This document shows, piece by piece, positions 40,596 to 49,910 of a stretch of DNA of 64,000 nucleotides. Below the pieces are notes generated by a model that saw nothing but the letters and a program-made list of their open reading frames with translations, did not search any database and was not told the origin of the DNA. The DNA lies in contig NZ_VLLL01000007.1 of NCBI RefSeq assembly GCF_007994225.1, positions 365,686-429,685 on the forward strand, read 5' to 3'. The DNA comes from Stackebrandtia albiflava. GTDB lineage: Bacteria > Actinomycetota > Actinomycetes > Mycobacteriales > Micromonosporaceae. Both the position numbers and the translations under genes were made by a program. Each line of letters starts with the position of its first letter. Position 1 is the stretch's first letter.

Positions 40596-40718
40596 CGACG
40601 CGGTTCCACGGTCGTGTGGTGCTCAGCGGTCGAGTTCACCTTCCCGTTGAATCATACGGAATCACCACATATGGTACGTGTGGCACACCGTCGGCGCCGT
40701 GGTCGGGCGGTCTCGGGG

Positions 40719-41906
40719 TCAGGCCTTGGTGGTGGCGCGCTCGGGTGACAGGTGGCGCAGCCCGATCGGGGCGAGGAGGGCGGCGACGATCGCGAGGAGT
40801 GGGATGGTCCAGATCGCCGCCGGCAGGCCGAGCAGTTCCCCGAGCCCGCCGATCACCGCCGGGCCGAGCAGCCAACCGGTGTATCCGCCGTTGGAGACCA
40901 TCGCGATACCCGGACCGTCACCGGCGGCGCTGAACACCACCGGCACGATGACGGCGATGCCCAGGCCCAACAGGAACAGCCCGGCGATCACGGCGGCCTG
41001 CGCCACCGGCCCGGGGCCGGCGAGTTGCGCCACCACCAGGCTCGCCGACATGCCGAGTCCTCCGGTCAGCGCGGCGGTGAAGATGCTGCGGCTGCGGCCG
41101 ATCCGGTGCACCAACCGGTCGCCAGCGAGCCGTCCCAGGAACATCGCGACCGAGAACAGTCCGTATCCCCAGGCGGCGACCAGGGCCGACGCGCCCTGCG
41201 TGTCGGACAGGAACACGGCGCTCCAGTCGGCCGCCGCCCCCTCCGCCAACAGGGCCGCGAACGCCACGAGCGACAACAGGACGAGGGCCTTCTCGAACCG
41301 CCACCGCCGGGCGGGTCCCGCCGCGACCGCGACGGCGTCGGGGATGAAGGCGGGGAAGAACACCGCCACGGCCGCCAGGGCGACCAGGCCGAGCACGAGC
41401 AACTGGATCCACAACGGAACCTCGTACTGCGCGGCCACTCCACCGATGCCGGCTCCGGCGGCCGCCGCGAGGCTCCACGCGGCGTGGAACGAGCCCATGA
41501 TCGGCTTCGCCGTCGCGCGTTCCACCGTGGCCGCCTGGGAGTTCATGGCCACGTCGAAGGCGCCGACCAGCGCGCCCGCGAGCAGCAGGGCCGCCGCGAG
41601 TGTCCAGGCGTTCCCGGCTCCGAGTCCTATGAAGGTGAGCCCGAGGGTGTAGGCGACCGCGGTGACGCGGGTGACGGCGGCACTGCCGAACCGGGCACAG
41701 GCCGCGCCGGTCAGCGACATCGCGGCGATGGCTCCGGCCGGCGGTGCGAGCAGGATCAGGCCGAGGCCGCCCTCGGAGAGCCCGAGGTCGTCCTTGATCT
41801 GCGGGATGTGTGGCAGCCAGGAGGCGAACACGACGCCGTGGGCGATGAACGCGACGGTGACGGCCACTCGGGCGCGGGTGAGTCCGGGTCGGTGCGGTGT
41901 GGCCAT
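40719..41906 (-). CDS. MFS transporter
   Basis: About 12 predicted transmembrane segments and an MFS loop motif GRLAGDRLVHRIGRSR. Confidence 0.8.
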   Translation of the reverse strand: MATPHRPGLTRARVAVTVAFIAHGVVFASWLPHIPQIKDDLGLSEGGLGLILLAPPAGAIAAMSLTGAACARFGSAAVTRVTAVAYTLGLTFIGLGAGNAWTLAAALLLAGALVGAFDVAMNSQAATVERATAKPIMGSFHAAWSLAAAAGAGIGGVAAQYEVPLWIQLLVLGLVALAAVAVFFPAFIPDAVAVAAGPARRWRFEKALVLLSLVAFAALLAEGAAADWSAVFLSDTQGASALVAAWGYGLFSVAMFLGRLAGDRLVHRIGRSRSIFTAALTGGLGMSASLVVAQLAGPGPVAQAAVIAGLFLLGLGIAVIVPVVFSAAGDGPGIAMVSNGGYTGWLLGPAVIGGLGELLGLPAAIWTIPLLAIVAALLAPIGLRHLSPERATTKA

Positions 41907-41989
41907 GGTCGCATCTTGGACCAGTCGCACCCGGTTGGCAAGCGTTGTCGCCCAAGCCGTCCCGGCGCCGCGCCGACCACGCGTGCGGG

Positions 41990-42060
41990 TCACGTCCGCC
42001 CGGCGTGGGCGTACGCGGCGTCGATCGACCGATACCAGCCGGGGCCGTCACACACCGGGG
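41990..42060 (-). pseudogene. Fragment duplicating part of gene 44062-44682
   Basis: About 36 bp nearly identical to 44393-44428, encoding GWYRSIDAAYAHA. No complete ORF is present. Confidence 0.45.
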
Positions 42061-42083
42061 TGGGAACTCTCTTGGCGGCGGGT

Positions 42084-42890
42084 TCACGCCTCGTCGGGGC
42101 GGCGGTTGTATCGGTTGAGCGTCGCCTTGTTGGTCGAAGCGTCTCGAAAGACCAGTTCCCACGGGCCGGTGTTGACTTCCATCTCCTTGCCGAACCCGAC
42201 CCACTTACCGTGAATACGTCGGCCGGTGGGCTCGGCAAGCATCTGAACGGCACCGTGGTACCGCGCCCCACGGTAGTAACCGTCGGGAGCGGTCTGCTCG
42301 ACCCAGGTCCCGGTGACCACGTTGCCGTCGACGGTCAGGTCCATGGTCAGCGGAGAGTCGGACGAACCCGGAAGACTTCGCACGGTGAGCCGGTCACCGT
42401 GCTGCAACACCACCACATGGTGCACCCCGATGAAGGTGTCGTCGCGTCCGCTCGAGTAGTACTCGTACCGGCTCAGCCATACGCCGGAATGGTTCGTGCG
42501 GGTCGTCGTACGGCCGCTCGACCAAGCCTTCGCCTGCGGCGTCGCTTCGGCCGAGTTCGATGTGGCTTCCAGATCGTGTCCGCCATGCCCATCGGCCGAC
42601 AGGCGCGCTCTCGGCACCGGGACGGCGAATCCGAGCGAATCGATCGGCATCCCGGTGACGGATTCGAGTGCGCGGGCGTAGACAGGACGGGGAGTGGCGA
42701 TCGTCCCCGCCTCCCATCGCTGCACAAGCCGCTTGTTGGCGTCGTTGGGTACACCCGCTCGCACTCCAGCCTCGCGCAGGGCACGGGCGAAGTCGTCCTG
42801 GCTCATCAGCATTCCGAGACGCACCGCGCGAAGTGTCGCGTTCGGAGTGGTGTCCTGATACGTCATGTACACAACGATATCAGTCTTCAT
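42084..42890 (-). CDS. XRE-family HTH regulator with an uncharacterised C-terminal domain
   Basis: N-terminal HTH (LRAVRLGMLMSQDDFARAL...LVQRWEAG). The start may instead be 42866. Confidence 0.55.
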   Translation of the reverse strand: MKTDIVVYMTYQDTTPNATLRAVRLGMLMSQDDFARALREAGVRAGVPNDANKRLVQRWEAGTIATPRPVYARALESVTGMPIDSLGFAVPVPRARLSADGHGGHDLEATSNSAEATPQAKAWSSGRTTTRTNHSGVWLSRYEYYSSGRDDTFIGVHHVVVLQHGDRLTVRSLPGSSDSPLTMDLTVDGNVVTGTWVEQTAPDGYYRGARYHGAVQMLAEPTGRRIHGKWVGFGKEMEVNTGPWELVFRDASTNKATLNRYNRRPDEA

Positions 42891-43007
42891 GTCGCCGAAA
42901 TGACGCCTAATAGGTCACCGAAAAGACACCTCGAGTGTCGTCGCGGCTCCGGACCGCCCGGACACAGACTGTGGACGGTCACCCGGCTTCGACGTGAGGA
43001 GTTCTCC

Positions 43008-43187
43008 ATGAACACGTTGTTCGGCAGAAACGCCCCCACCCCGACACCGTGCTCGGCCAGCGCGGATATCGATGGCTCCTACAGACGACCATGCATGGCG
43101 TACATCCCATCACAACCCTCGATACCGGCGTACTCATATCGACAGACGACGGCTCATGGTGCCGAGCCGACAGCGCGCCCACAGTGA
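43008..43187 (+). CDS. possible small ORF (59 aa)
   Basis: GAGGAG-N6-ATG with ideal spacing, in a lower-GC patch. Codon bias is only moderate. Confidence 0.3.
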   Translation: MNTLFGRNAPTPTPCSASADIDGSYRRPCMAYIPSQPSIPAYSYRQTTAHGAEPTARPQ

Positions 43188-43239
43188 TCACTGGAATCCG
43201 GGGTACGGCCGTGACGCCCAGGGTGGTAGTGGTCGTTTT

Positions 43240-43599
43240 CTAGAGGGTCCACCCCCCATTTCGACTCGTTACGTCACCACCGGCTGATCCAGGTGGACCG
43301 GCGGAGCCCCACGGGTCGTCGTCCTCGTCGTCCTCGTCGTCTTCATCGTCGTGTTCCTCGAACGCATCGGTGAACGTCGAGTCCCACACCAACAGGCCCG
43401 GCGCGGACGTGTCCGCGCCGGGCGGCCAGTACTCCGAGATGCTGTCGGTAGCGCCTTTCCGGTGGTGTGGTGGAAACAGGCCGAGAGTGAAGGCGTATTC
43501 GGCGAGTTTGTGGCTGCCCAGTTCCTCATACCGTGACCGGAGTCGGGCGAGAAGGGTCGGATCGTCGGTGACGATCACGGGTGAATTCCCCTGGGTCAT
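43240..43599 (-). CDS. hypothetical protein with an acidic DE-rich tail
   Basis: ORF only. It overlaps the neighbouring ORF by 74 bp, so the boundaries are uncertain. Confidence 0.35.
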   Translation of the reverse strand: MTQGNSPVIVTDDPTLLARLRSRYEELGSHKLAEYAFTLGLFPPHHRKGATDSISEYWPPGADTSAPGLLVWDSTFTDAFEEHDDEDDEDDEDDDPWGSAGPPGSAGGDVTSRNGGWTL

Positions 43600-43999
43600 T
43601 CCTCGATGCTTTCAGCGAAACCGTTCGCGTGCGGACACTGTGACGCCGAACCGACACGGGGCCGCGAAACCTCGATCTTCGGACGGGCGGGCAGGTGGGG
43701 CGGGGGGCCGGGCGGTGGGCGCGGGTGATGAGGTCGGTGGCCTCGCGCAGGGCCGCGACGTAGGCGCGACCGTGCCGGCGGCGGGGCCGATCGGGTCGTC
43801 CCGGCACCAGGATCACCGAGAACTGCGACAGGAAGTCGACAGCCCACAGGTGTTTCGGGCAGCCGTGGTGGCCCCAGGGTCTCCCGCAGTCGGCGCAGAC
43901 CCGGCGGAGTCGGCGGCGGACGGGCCTGTGGGTTCTCCGGATACGGTTCGCCCACCGTATGTAGTCGACGTCTTGATGGGTTAGGCTCGTCTTCGACAT
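43526..43999 (-). CDS. hypothetical protein with a CxxC...HHGC zinc-ribbon-like motif
   Basis: RVCADCGRPWGHHGCPKHLW. The C-terminal third is probably not real. Confidence 0.35.
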   Translation of the reverse strand: MSKTSLTHQDVDYIRWANRIRRTHRPVRRRLRRVCADCGRPWGHHGCPKHLWAVDFLSQFSVILVPGRPDRPRRRHGRAYVAALREATDLITRAHRPAPRPTCPPVRRSRFRGPVSVRRHSVRTRTVSLKASRNDPGEFTRDRHRRSDPSRPTPVTV

Positions 44000-44061
44000 G
44001 GCAAGGGCTCCATTCCCTTGTGATGTGGCGGTCTACCGGTGGTGTCGGTCGGCCGCCTTTT

Positions 44062-44682
44062 CTATTGTGGACTCGGCGGCAGGTGTTCGCCGTCGTGGAA
44101 CGGCCGTCGCGCGCAGGGCGCGGTCGGGCAGTACAGCGTGATCGGGTTCAACGGGTCGTCGCCGGTGAACAGCAGCGCGGAACGCCTGGAGAGACCGGGC
44201 GTGGCCGGTTCCAGGTGGTGGGCCATCTCGATGGCGCGGATCCGCGCGTCGTTGGGTCCGTGAGCGAGGAACGGCAGCCCCACCAGCCAGGTTCCGACGT
44301 CGCCGTCGCGGGCCTCGTCGAGGGCGGCTGCCGATTCGGCCTCGGGTGGGCCGGGTTCCGGGTCGAGCCACACCAGCCATAGGTCGGTGCCCTCGGCGTG
44401 GGCGTACGCGGCGTCGATCGACCGGTACCAGCCGTACGGTTGACCGGCGATCAACAGGACGCAACTGCCGTCCGGGTTCTGCAGGCCCTGGTACTGCGGC
44501 CGGACCACCAGGTCGTCGACGTCCGGCCCGGCCGGGATCGCCTGGCACAGCGCGAACCGGCGCGGCCGGACTCGCCTGGCGACGGTGGCGAGCCGTGCCG
44601 CGACGGCCGGGTCGGGATGTTCGGGTGCCGGGCGGGTCGGCTCGCCGGCGGCGATCCGGTAACCGTGGGGCCGGAACTCCAT
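44062..44682 (-). CDS. hypothetical protein (206 aa)
   Basis: Good GC3 bias. Its internal segment is duplicated at 41990-42060. Confidence 0.45.
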   Translation of the reverse strand: MEFRPHGYRIAAGEPTRPAPEHPDPAVAARLATVARRVRPRRFALCQAIPAGPDVDDLVVRPQYQGLQNPDGSCVLLIAGQPYGWYRSIDAAYAHAEGTDLWLVWLDPEPGPPEAESAAALDEARDGDVGTWLVGLPFLAHGPNDARIRAIEMAHHLEPATPGLSRRSALLFTGDDPLNPITLYCPTAPCARRPFHDGEHLPPSPQ

Positions 44683-44928
44683 GGTGTCAACCTCTCTGGA
44701 CGTGTCCGGCCACCGCCGTGCGGTGTGGACGGTCGATGGGCGGGTGCGCCGGCGCCGAGGCGGACGTCACCGGGATCGGGGGATGCCCGGTGGGCGGAGT
44801 CCGCCGGAAGGACGGCGATCGCGACGCACCCGCCCCGATCCGGGAACGTCCGGTGCGACCAGGAGCACCGGTGCCGCCGTTCCCGTTCGCCCGCCGCCGT
44901 CGAGGACGCGGGCGGGTTCATGTCTCGG

Positions 44929-45090
44929 TCAGCCGGTCTCCGGCGGACGCGGTTCGGTGCCCCGGTCGCACGGCCAGTAACGGCCGTGGGTGAAGCACTC
45001 CAGTACGACTTCCCGGGTGGCTTCGGTGCGCCACTTGAACTTGCGGCATGCCTCCCCCGAGACATCCCTTGCCGGTTCCCGACGCGACAT
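44929..45090 (-). CDS. small 53-aa Cys-containing protein, below the ORF-track size cutoff
   Basis: MSRREPARDVSGEACRKFKWRTEATREVVLECFTHGRYWPCDRGTEPRPPETG. About 80% GC3, and a strong SD AAGGAGGTGG lies 11 nt upstream of the ATG. Confidence 0.45.
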   Translation of the reverse strand: MSRREPARDVSGEACRKFKWRTEATREVVLECFTHGRYWPCDRGTEPRPPETG

Positions 45091-45277
45091 CCCCACCGGA
45101 ACCACCTCCTTGCTCAGCGCGACGACGCGCGAGTCCCCTTGCGATCTGTGAGGTACCGACTACATGTTGCCATAGATTCTCGCGCGACACAAGTTGTGGG
45201 AGTGGCTAAATCGCGGCGAGTCGCCATCTTCTAAACTGAGTGGCGTTTCGATTACCGAAGCCGTTGGGGGCGAAGTC

Positions 45278-46144
45278 ATGACCGACACCATGGGGCCTAC
45301 GCTGCGGGCACGCTGGCTGGGCAGCAAGATGAAGGAACTCCGCAAGGCACGGAAGCTGAAACTCGCGCAGGTGGGCGACCTGTTGAAGCGGCACCAGGGA
45401 ACCGTCAGCCGCTTCGAATCCGGTGAGTACCCCATCCCCAGCAACGAACTGCTGCAAATGCTGGACCTGTACGGCGTCTCGGACATCGGCCAGCGATCCG
45501 ACCTTCTACAACTCTCCGAAGACGTCGCGCAACGCGGCTGGTGGGACGGCTACCGGCCGTTCATCAACAACAACTTCGCCGACTTCGTGTGGCTGGAGAA
45601 CAACGCCCATGCCGTTAGCTTTCTCGGGCTCACGTCGATTTCGGGTCTACTTCAGACGACGGACTATGCCACCGCGCTTATCAGCAACGGTCCACAGCGC
45701 CACGACGAGTTCGAGATGAAACGACTCCTGGAAGCACGTCTGGTACGGAAACAGCTTCTCGAAAGGCCGGAATCGCCCTCATTTCGATTTTTGCTCCATG
45801 AAGCTCTACTGCATCAGCAGGTGGGGAGCCCGGAGGTTACAGCTGGGCAGCTAAGAAACTTGTTGAGCCTTTCGGCGTATCCCCGCGTGGAGTTGAAGGT
45901 CCTGCCACTTACCGCCTGGAGGCACACCGCCGCCGGGATGGCAACCGAGTACACGGTCTTCGAACTACGAGAGCCGTTCCCAACGGTTGTTGGAGTTGAC
46001 ACCTCAGCGGGCGCAATCTACAAGGAAGCACCCGACATACACTCGTTTACCAACACGTTCAATTCGCTCTGGCAAGACGACGCCCTCAGCGAATCCAACA
46101 GCATGACATGCATAGAGACGCTCATAAGGGAAATATCACCGTGA
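45278..46144 (+). CDS. Scr1-family regulator: N-terminal XRE HTH plus C-terminal DUF5753
   Basis: HTH (LAQVGDLLKRHQGTVSRFESGE) plus a DUF5753-like C-terminus. A partner DUF397 gene lies downstream. GGGGG lies before the ATG. Confidence 0.8.
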   Translation: MTDTMGPTLRARWLGSKMKELRKARKLKLAQVGDLLKRHQGTVSRFESGEYPIPSNELLQMLDLYGVSDIGQRSDLLQLSEDVAQRGWWDGYRPFINNNFADFVWLENNAHAVSFLGLTSISGLLQTTDYATALISNGPQRHDEFEMKRLLEARLVRKQLLERPESPSFRFLLHEALLHQQVGSPEVTAGQLRNLLSLSAYPRVELKVLPLTAWRHTAAGMATEYTVFELREPFPTVVGVDTSAGAIYKEAPDIHSFTNTFNSLWQDDALSESNSMTCIETLIREISP

Positions 46145-46431
46145 CCAGGCGTAGCAATCCGCTTCCCACCGCAAGATGGCGAAAGAGCACCCGTAGTAAC
46201 GGAACAGGCAACGGCAACTGTGTCGAGGTGGCCTGCCTCCACGACGCCGCGTGGCGCAAGAGCACGCACAGCAACGGCAACGGCGGTTCTGCCTGCCTGG
46301 AGGTCGCGCCGGTGGCCGCCGCGATCGCACTGCGTGACTCGAAACTGGCCACCACCGGCGACTTCCCGCACCTGATCGTGCCCGTCACCGAATGGGCAGG
46401 GCTGCTCGCCGCCGTCGAGTCCGACCGGTAG
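46141..46431 (+). CDS. DUF397 domain protein (tandem DUF397 repeats)
   Basis: WRKSTRSNGTGNGNCVEVA and WRKSTHSNGNGGSACLEVA. The GTG overlaps the upstream stop as GTGA. Confidence 0.8.
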   Translation: MTRRSNPLPTARWRKSTRSNGTGNGNCVEVACLHDAAWRKSTHSNGNGGSACLEVAPVAAAIALRDSKLATTGDFPHLIVPVTEWAGLLAAVESDR

Positions 46432-46629
46432 CCCGGCACCCACCTGAGCGCCCTCATTTCGCGGCTTGGTTGGCCGTACGACGATCGACATGCCTCGAAT
46501 AGGCCCTGATGTCCGGTTTTCGGCCGTCGTATGACCAACCAAGGCAGCATTTTGCCCAACCAAGCCGAGTGGGGTCGGGTGCGCCGTGCCTCAGCACGGT
46601 ATCGGCGAACCGACCGCGAGGGAGGGCCG

Positions 46630-46944
46630 TCACCGTGCGGGCGTCTCCGGTCGTTGGTGACCGCATTCGAGTACGACGCCGTCGGGGTCGGTCACGTGCG
46701 CCCGGACACCGTTGCAGTGCACCTGGATCCCGCGCCCGTGATGCGACACCTCGAACGGCTCGTCTCCGTGCGTCGTTCCGCTCCACGGAGATTCGGCGTC
46801 GGTGGAGCCGACCGTCCACACCAGCGCCGTCTCCCCCGGGTGCAACCAGTGGTCGCTCCCCCACGGTTCCACGCTCAGCTCGAGCGGCTCTTCGGCGTCG
46901 TTGTGCACCCGCAGCCGGGCGACCGGGGGTTCGCCCGGCATACG
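46630..46944 (-). CDS. small hypothetical protein (104 aa)
   Basis: The coding-like portion is only the 3' end of a long ORF. MPGEPPVARLRVHNDAEEPLELSVEPWG... Confidence 0.4.
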   Translation of the reverse strand, partial: RMPGEPPVARLRVHNDAEEPLELSVEPWGSDHWLHPGETALVWTVGSTDAESPWSGTTHGDEPFEVSHHGRGIQVHCNGVRAHVTDPDGVVLECGHQRPETPAR

Positions 46945-46958
46945 GGTCGCCAGATCGG

Positions 46959-47555
46959 TCACCGGGTGGACGACCGGTGCAGGGTGGGCCGGTAGACGAG
47001 TTCCTGCGTGCGGCCGTCGAGTGTCCGGGTCTCCAGCAGTTCCAGGTCGAAGTCGTCGGCGCCGCGGAAGATCGGATCGCTCCCCGACCGACCGGTGATC
47101 ACCGGGAAGATCGTCACCTGAACGCGGTCGACCAGGCCGGCCGCCAGCAGCGCACGATTCATCGACAGGCTGCCGTGTGAGCGCAACGGCACCTCCGACT
47201 CCTCCTTGAGCCGGGCGACCACCTCGACGGCGTCCCCTCTCACGATGGTCGCGTCCGGCCATCCGAGCGTATCGTCGAGGCTGTTCGAGATCACGGTGGT
47301 CGGCAGGTTCCTGAACCGCTGCACCCAGGGGTCCCGGGTCTCCGGGAGCCCCCCGTCCGGCCCCAGCATCTCCGCGAACTGCCGGAACGAGGTGGCACCG
47401 AGCACCAGCCGCTGATCCTCCCTGTACTGGTCGAGGCGGTGCTCCAACAGCTCCGGCCCCTGCTTGCCCCAGTAGCCGCCCCAGTCGCCCTTCTCGTTGT
47501 ACGAACCGAACCCGTCGACGCTGGTGAAGATGTCGAAGGTGTACGTCGCGGTCAT
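46959..47555 (-). CDS. dihydrofolate reductase family protein (RibD C-terminal domain/YwjB-like)
   Basis: FTSVDGF...GKQGPEL...VLGATSF...TIFPVITGRSG. The RBS AGGAGGGGAA lies before the ATG at 47555. Confidence 0.7.
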   Translation of the reverse strand: MTATYTFDIFTSVDGFGSYNEKGDWGGYWGKQGPELLEHRLDQYREDQRLVLGATSFRQFAEMLGPDGGLPETRDPWVQRFRNLPTTVISNSLDDTLGWPDATIVRGDAVEVVARLKEESEVPLRSHGSLSMNRALLAAGLVDRVQVTIFPVITGRSGSDPIFRGADDFDLELLETRTLDGRTQELVYRPTLHRSSTR

Positions 47556-47587
47556 GGTGTTCCCCTCCTGAGCCGAACGCGGCGATG

Positions 47588-48319
47588 TCACGCTCCATCG
47601 TGCACCACTCCACCCCCGCGCGGGGTGGACGACGCCGACACGGGGCAGGGCTCTCCGCGCGACCGAACGCCCCCACCCGCCGCGGGTAACTCCGAATGCC
47701 GGTGGCGCGGCACGGGTGCGTCCGAGTGCCGCCATCCCCTCGTGGTCATGCGGGTGCCGATGAAACCGCGCAGGCCGGCGGCGGCCCGCCTACCGGCGGA
47801 GTGCGGGGAGGACTCCGCGACGGCGGCGATCGCCGCCAGGACCGGGTCGGGCTGTCTACCGGCCAGGCTCGCGGCGCCGACCTGCCTGGCCCGCCGCGAC
47901 GTGTGCACGATGAGCACCCGGATCCGCTGCCCGTCGTTTCCGGTGGCCGACAGCACGTGTTGGTCGACCGGTACCAGGGCGGCGCCACGCAGGTATTCGA
48001 ATTCGAGGTCCGGCGTGTGCAACGGCAGTGACGCGATCCGGCCGTCGGCGAATCCGATGGAGATCCGGTCGGCGGTCAACAACTCCCAGCGTCGTCGGGG
48101 CCCACCGTCCCGCCGTGCGGCCTTGACCTCCTTGACGCCGTACCGGAGTCCCGCCGCGATCGCGAGCAGCAGCACCACCGCCGACGCCACGGCGAGCCAG
48201 ACGGGCAGACCGTTCTCCTCCACCAGGATGAACGGGACGACCGGCATCGGGCATCCGAGTACGAGGACGAGGATGCCGACGAGGTATCCCCGCACCCTGG
48301 ACGTGTGGTGGGCTCCCAT
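47588..48319 (-). CDS. membrane protein with two transmembrane helices plus a bacterial-PH-like domain (copy 2 of a tandem pair)
   Basis: A transmembrane hairpin, then RRWELLTADRISIGFADGRIASLPLH. Paralogous to 48330-49050. Confidence 0.5.
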   Translation of the reverse strand: MGAHHTSRVRGYLVGILVLVLGCPMPVVPFILVEENGLPVWLAVASAVVLLLAIAAGLRYGVKEVKAARRDGGPRRRWELLTADRISIGFADGRIASLPLHTPDLEFEYLRGAALVPVDQHVLSATGNDGQRIRVLIVHTSRRARQVGAASLAGRQPDPVLAAIAAVAESSPHSAGRRAAAGLRGFIGTRMTTRGWRHSDAPVPRHRHSELPAAGGGVRSRGEPCPVSASSTPRGGGVVHDGA

Positions 48320-48329
48320 CACTTCGGCG

Positions 48330-49050
48330 AGGTAGGTCAGGTACACGCCGTCATCCTGACGCGTAACGGCACGGAACCCGCACGAGTGCCGGGAGAGATC
48401 ACGTGCCGTCGACGGGAACCGGGTCAGGCGTGTTCCCAGCCGTTCGTGGTCACCCGGGTACCGATGAACCCGCGGAGGGCGGTGGCGGTCTGTCGCCCGG
48501 TGGGATGGGGGGGAACCGGCGGCCACGTTCGCGATCGCCGCCAGGACGTGGTCGGGTTGCCGAACCGGCGTCGTCATGTATCCCGACAGGGGGTTCCACC
48601 GTGGTGTGTTCACCGTCAGGACCTTCGCCGGCGTCCCCTCGTGATCGGTCGCGGCCAGTACGTACTGGTCGACCGGCATCCGGCCACCCGACAGATACTC
48701 ACACTGAGGTCGGCCGCGTGCAACGGCAACGACCGCACGGTGCCGTCGGCGAAGCCGATCTCGATGCGGTCGGCGTGCAGCCGTTCCCACTGCCGCGTCG
48801 GCTCGACGGCGCGCTTGGCGGCGTTCATCTTCTGGACGCCGTGCCAGGTCGCCGCCACGATCACCGACAGCAGCACCAGATTCACCAGTATGACCGCCCA
48901 GACCGGACGGACCTCCTCGGAGATCATGTAGAGCGGTATCGCGGGACCGAAGAGGAACCCGAGCATGAGAGGCATGAGAACGTATGACATCGCCTTCTCC
49001 CGGCGTTGGTGGTTCTCGTCGATCAGCGGACCCAGGTGAATGAGATACAT
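48330..49050 (-). pseudogene. Copy 1 of the tandem membrane-protein pair; it is frameshifted relative to copy 2
   Basis: The N-terminus (48616-49050) is in one frame and the homologous C-terminus continues in the frame of ORF 47588-49093. A 1-bp deletion lies near 48700 when aligned to copy 2. Confidence 0.45.
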
Positions 49051-49159
49051 CCCGTGATGGTCGTCTCACGACGCACGGAAACCGCACGGGCACGCGCGGG
49101 TTGGCCGTGCGACGGGCGAACCTCCGCCGTCCGGATCCACAGGCCGTCCATCATTCACA

Positions 49160-49187
49160 TTGACGGCCATGGATGGCTCGATATCAT
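49160..49187 (+). promoter_or_regulatory. Candidate sigma70-type promoter for the peptide operon
   Basis: TTGACG-N16-TATCAT, 50 bp upstream of the ATG at 49237. Confidence 0.35.
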
Positions 49188-49236
49188 GTGCGACAGCGGC
49201 GCGCCTGCGCCGCATCGTCACGCAAGGGGTATGTGA

Positions 49237-49437
49237 ATGAAGCGCATCAACCGGATCGCGGACAAAGCACTGTCCAAACTGGTCGGCAAGTCGACCGCCA
49301 AGGCGTCCTGCGTCCCCTACTGGGAGTACTACTGCTCCTTCAACCCGGCCGTCTGCACCGGCGGCCACGCCAGATACCGCCGGTACATCACGGTCGACTG
49401 CACCGCCTGCTGCACCCAACACGTCGGCTGCTGCTGA
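49237..49437 (+). CDS. Cys-rich small peptide A (66 aa): conserved leader plus 8-Cys core; candidate RiPP/disulfide-rich precursor
   Basis: MKRINRIADKALSKLVGKSTAKA | SCVPYWEYYCSFNPAVCTGGHARYRRYITVDCTACCTQHVGCC. Strong GC3 bias. The RBS AAGGGG lies upstream. Confidence 0.7.
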   Translation: MKRINRIADKALSKLVGKSTAKASCVPYWEYYCSFNPAVCTGGHARYRRYITVDCTACCTQHVGCC

Positions 49438-49564
49438 CACGACGCACGACCCCGCACGCCGCCCTACCGGCGTGCCCCCACGACCCCCGGCAACGTCGCA
49501 CGCCGCCCTACCGGCGTGCTTCATCGCGACCCGCCCCCTGCAACGCATCACCCCGGGAGACACC

Positions 49565-49774
49565 ATGACACTCGTCAACCGCATCCACCGCGTCGCCGAC
49601 AAGGCCCTGTCGAAACTGGTCGGCGAATCGACCGCCAAGGCCGCGTGCGCACCGTACTGGCACTACTACTGCTCGTACAACCCGGCGATCTGCTCGGGCG
49701 GACACGTCCGGTACCGCAAGTACATCATGGGCACCTGCGACACCTGCTGCGTCGAATACGTCGGCTGCTGCTGA
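49565..49774 (+). CDS. Cys-rich small peptide B (69 aa), paralog of A
   Basis: MTLVNRIHRVADKALSKLVGESTAKA | ACAPYWHYYCSYNPAICSGGHVRYRKYIMGTCDTCCVEYVGCC. GGGAGA lies before the ATG. Confidence 0.7.
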   Translation: MTLVNRIHRVADKALSKLVGESTAKAACAPYWHYYCSYNPAICSGGHVRYRKYIMGTCDTCCVEYVGCC

Positions 49775-49910
49775 CCCGCGCCCACGGAGAGGGCCGCGAC
49801 CGCCGACCGTCACCGGGCGCGGACCCACAGCTCAACCCCATTGACGCGCACTTATTCCTCGATATGATCCCCCGGTGGTGCCGCCCTGCACCACTTCCGT
49901 CTATTCGAGG

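Noticed and set aside
40752-43187. 811-aa ORF on the plus strand and 40918-42204 on the minus strand (off-frame)
   Set aside because: Overlap the MFS transporter and the XRE gene. Gly/Arg/Asp-rich low-complexity. Only the last 59 codons (43008-43187) have an RBS, and they are listed separately at low confidence.
44398-45234. 278-aa ORF on the plus strand
   Set aside because: Poor GC3 bias across 44930-45090, where the opposite strand has a strongly biased SD-preceded 53-aa ORF. Its upstream part is antisense to gene 44062-44682.
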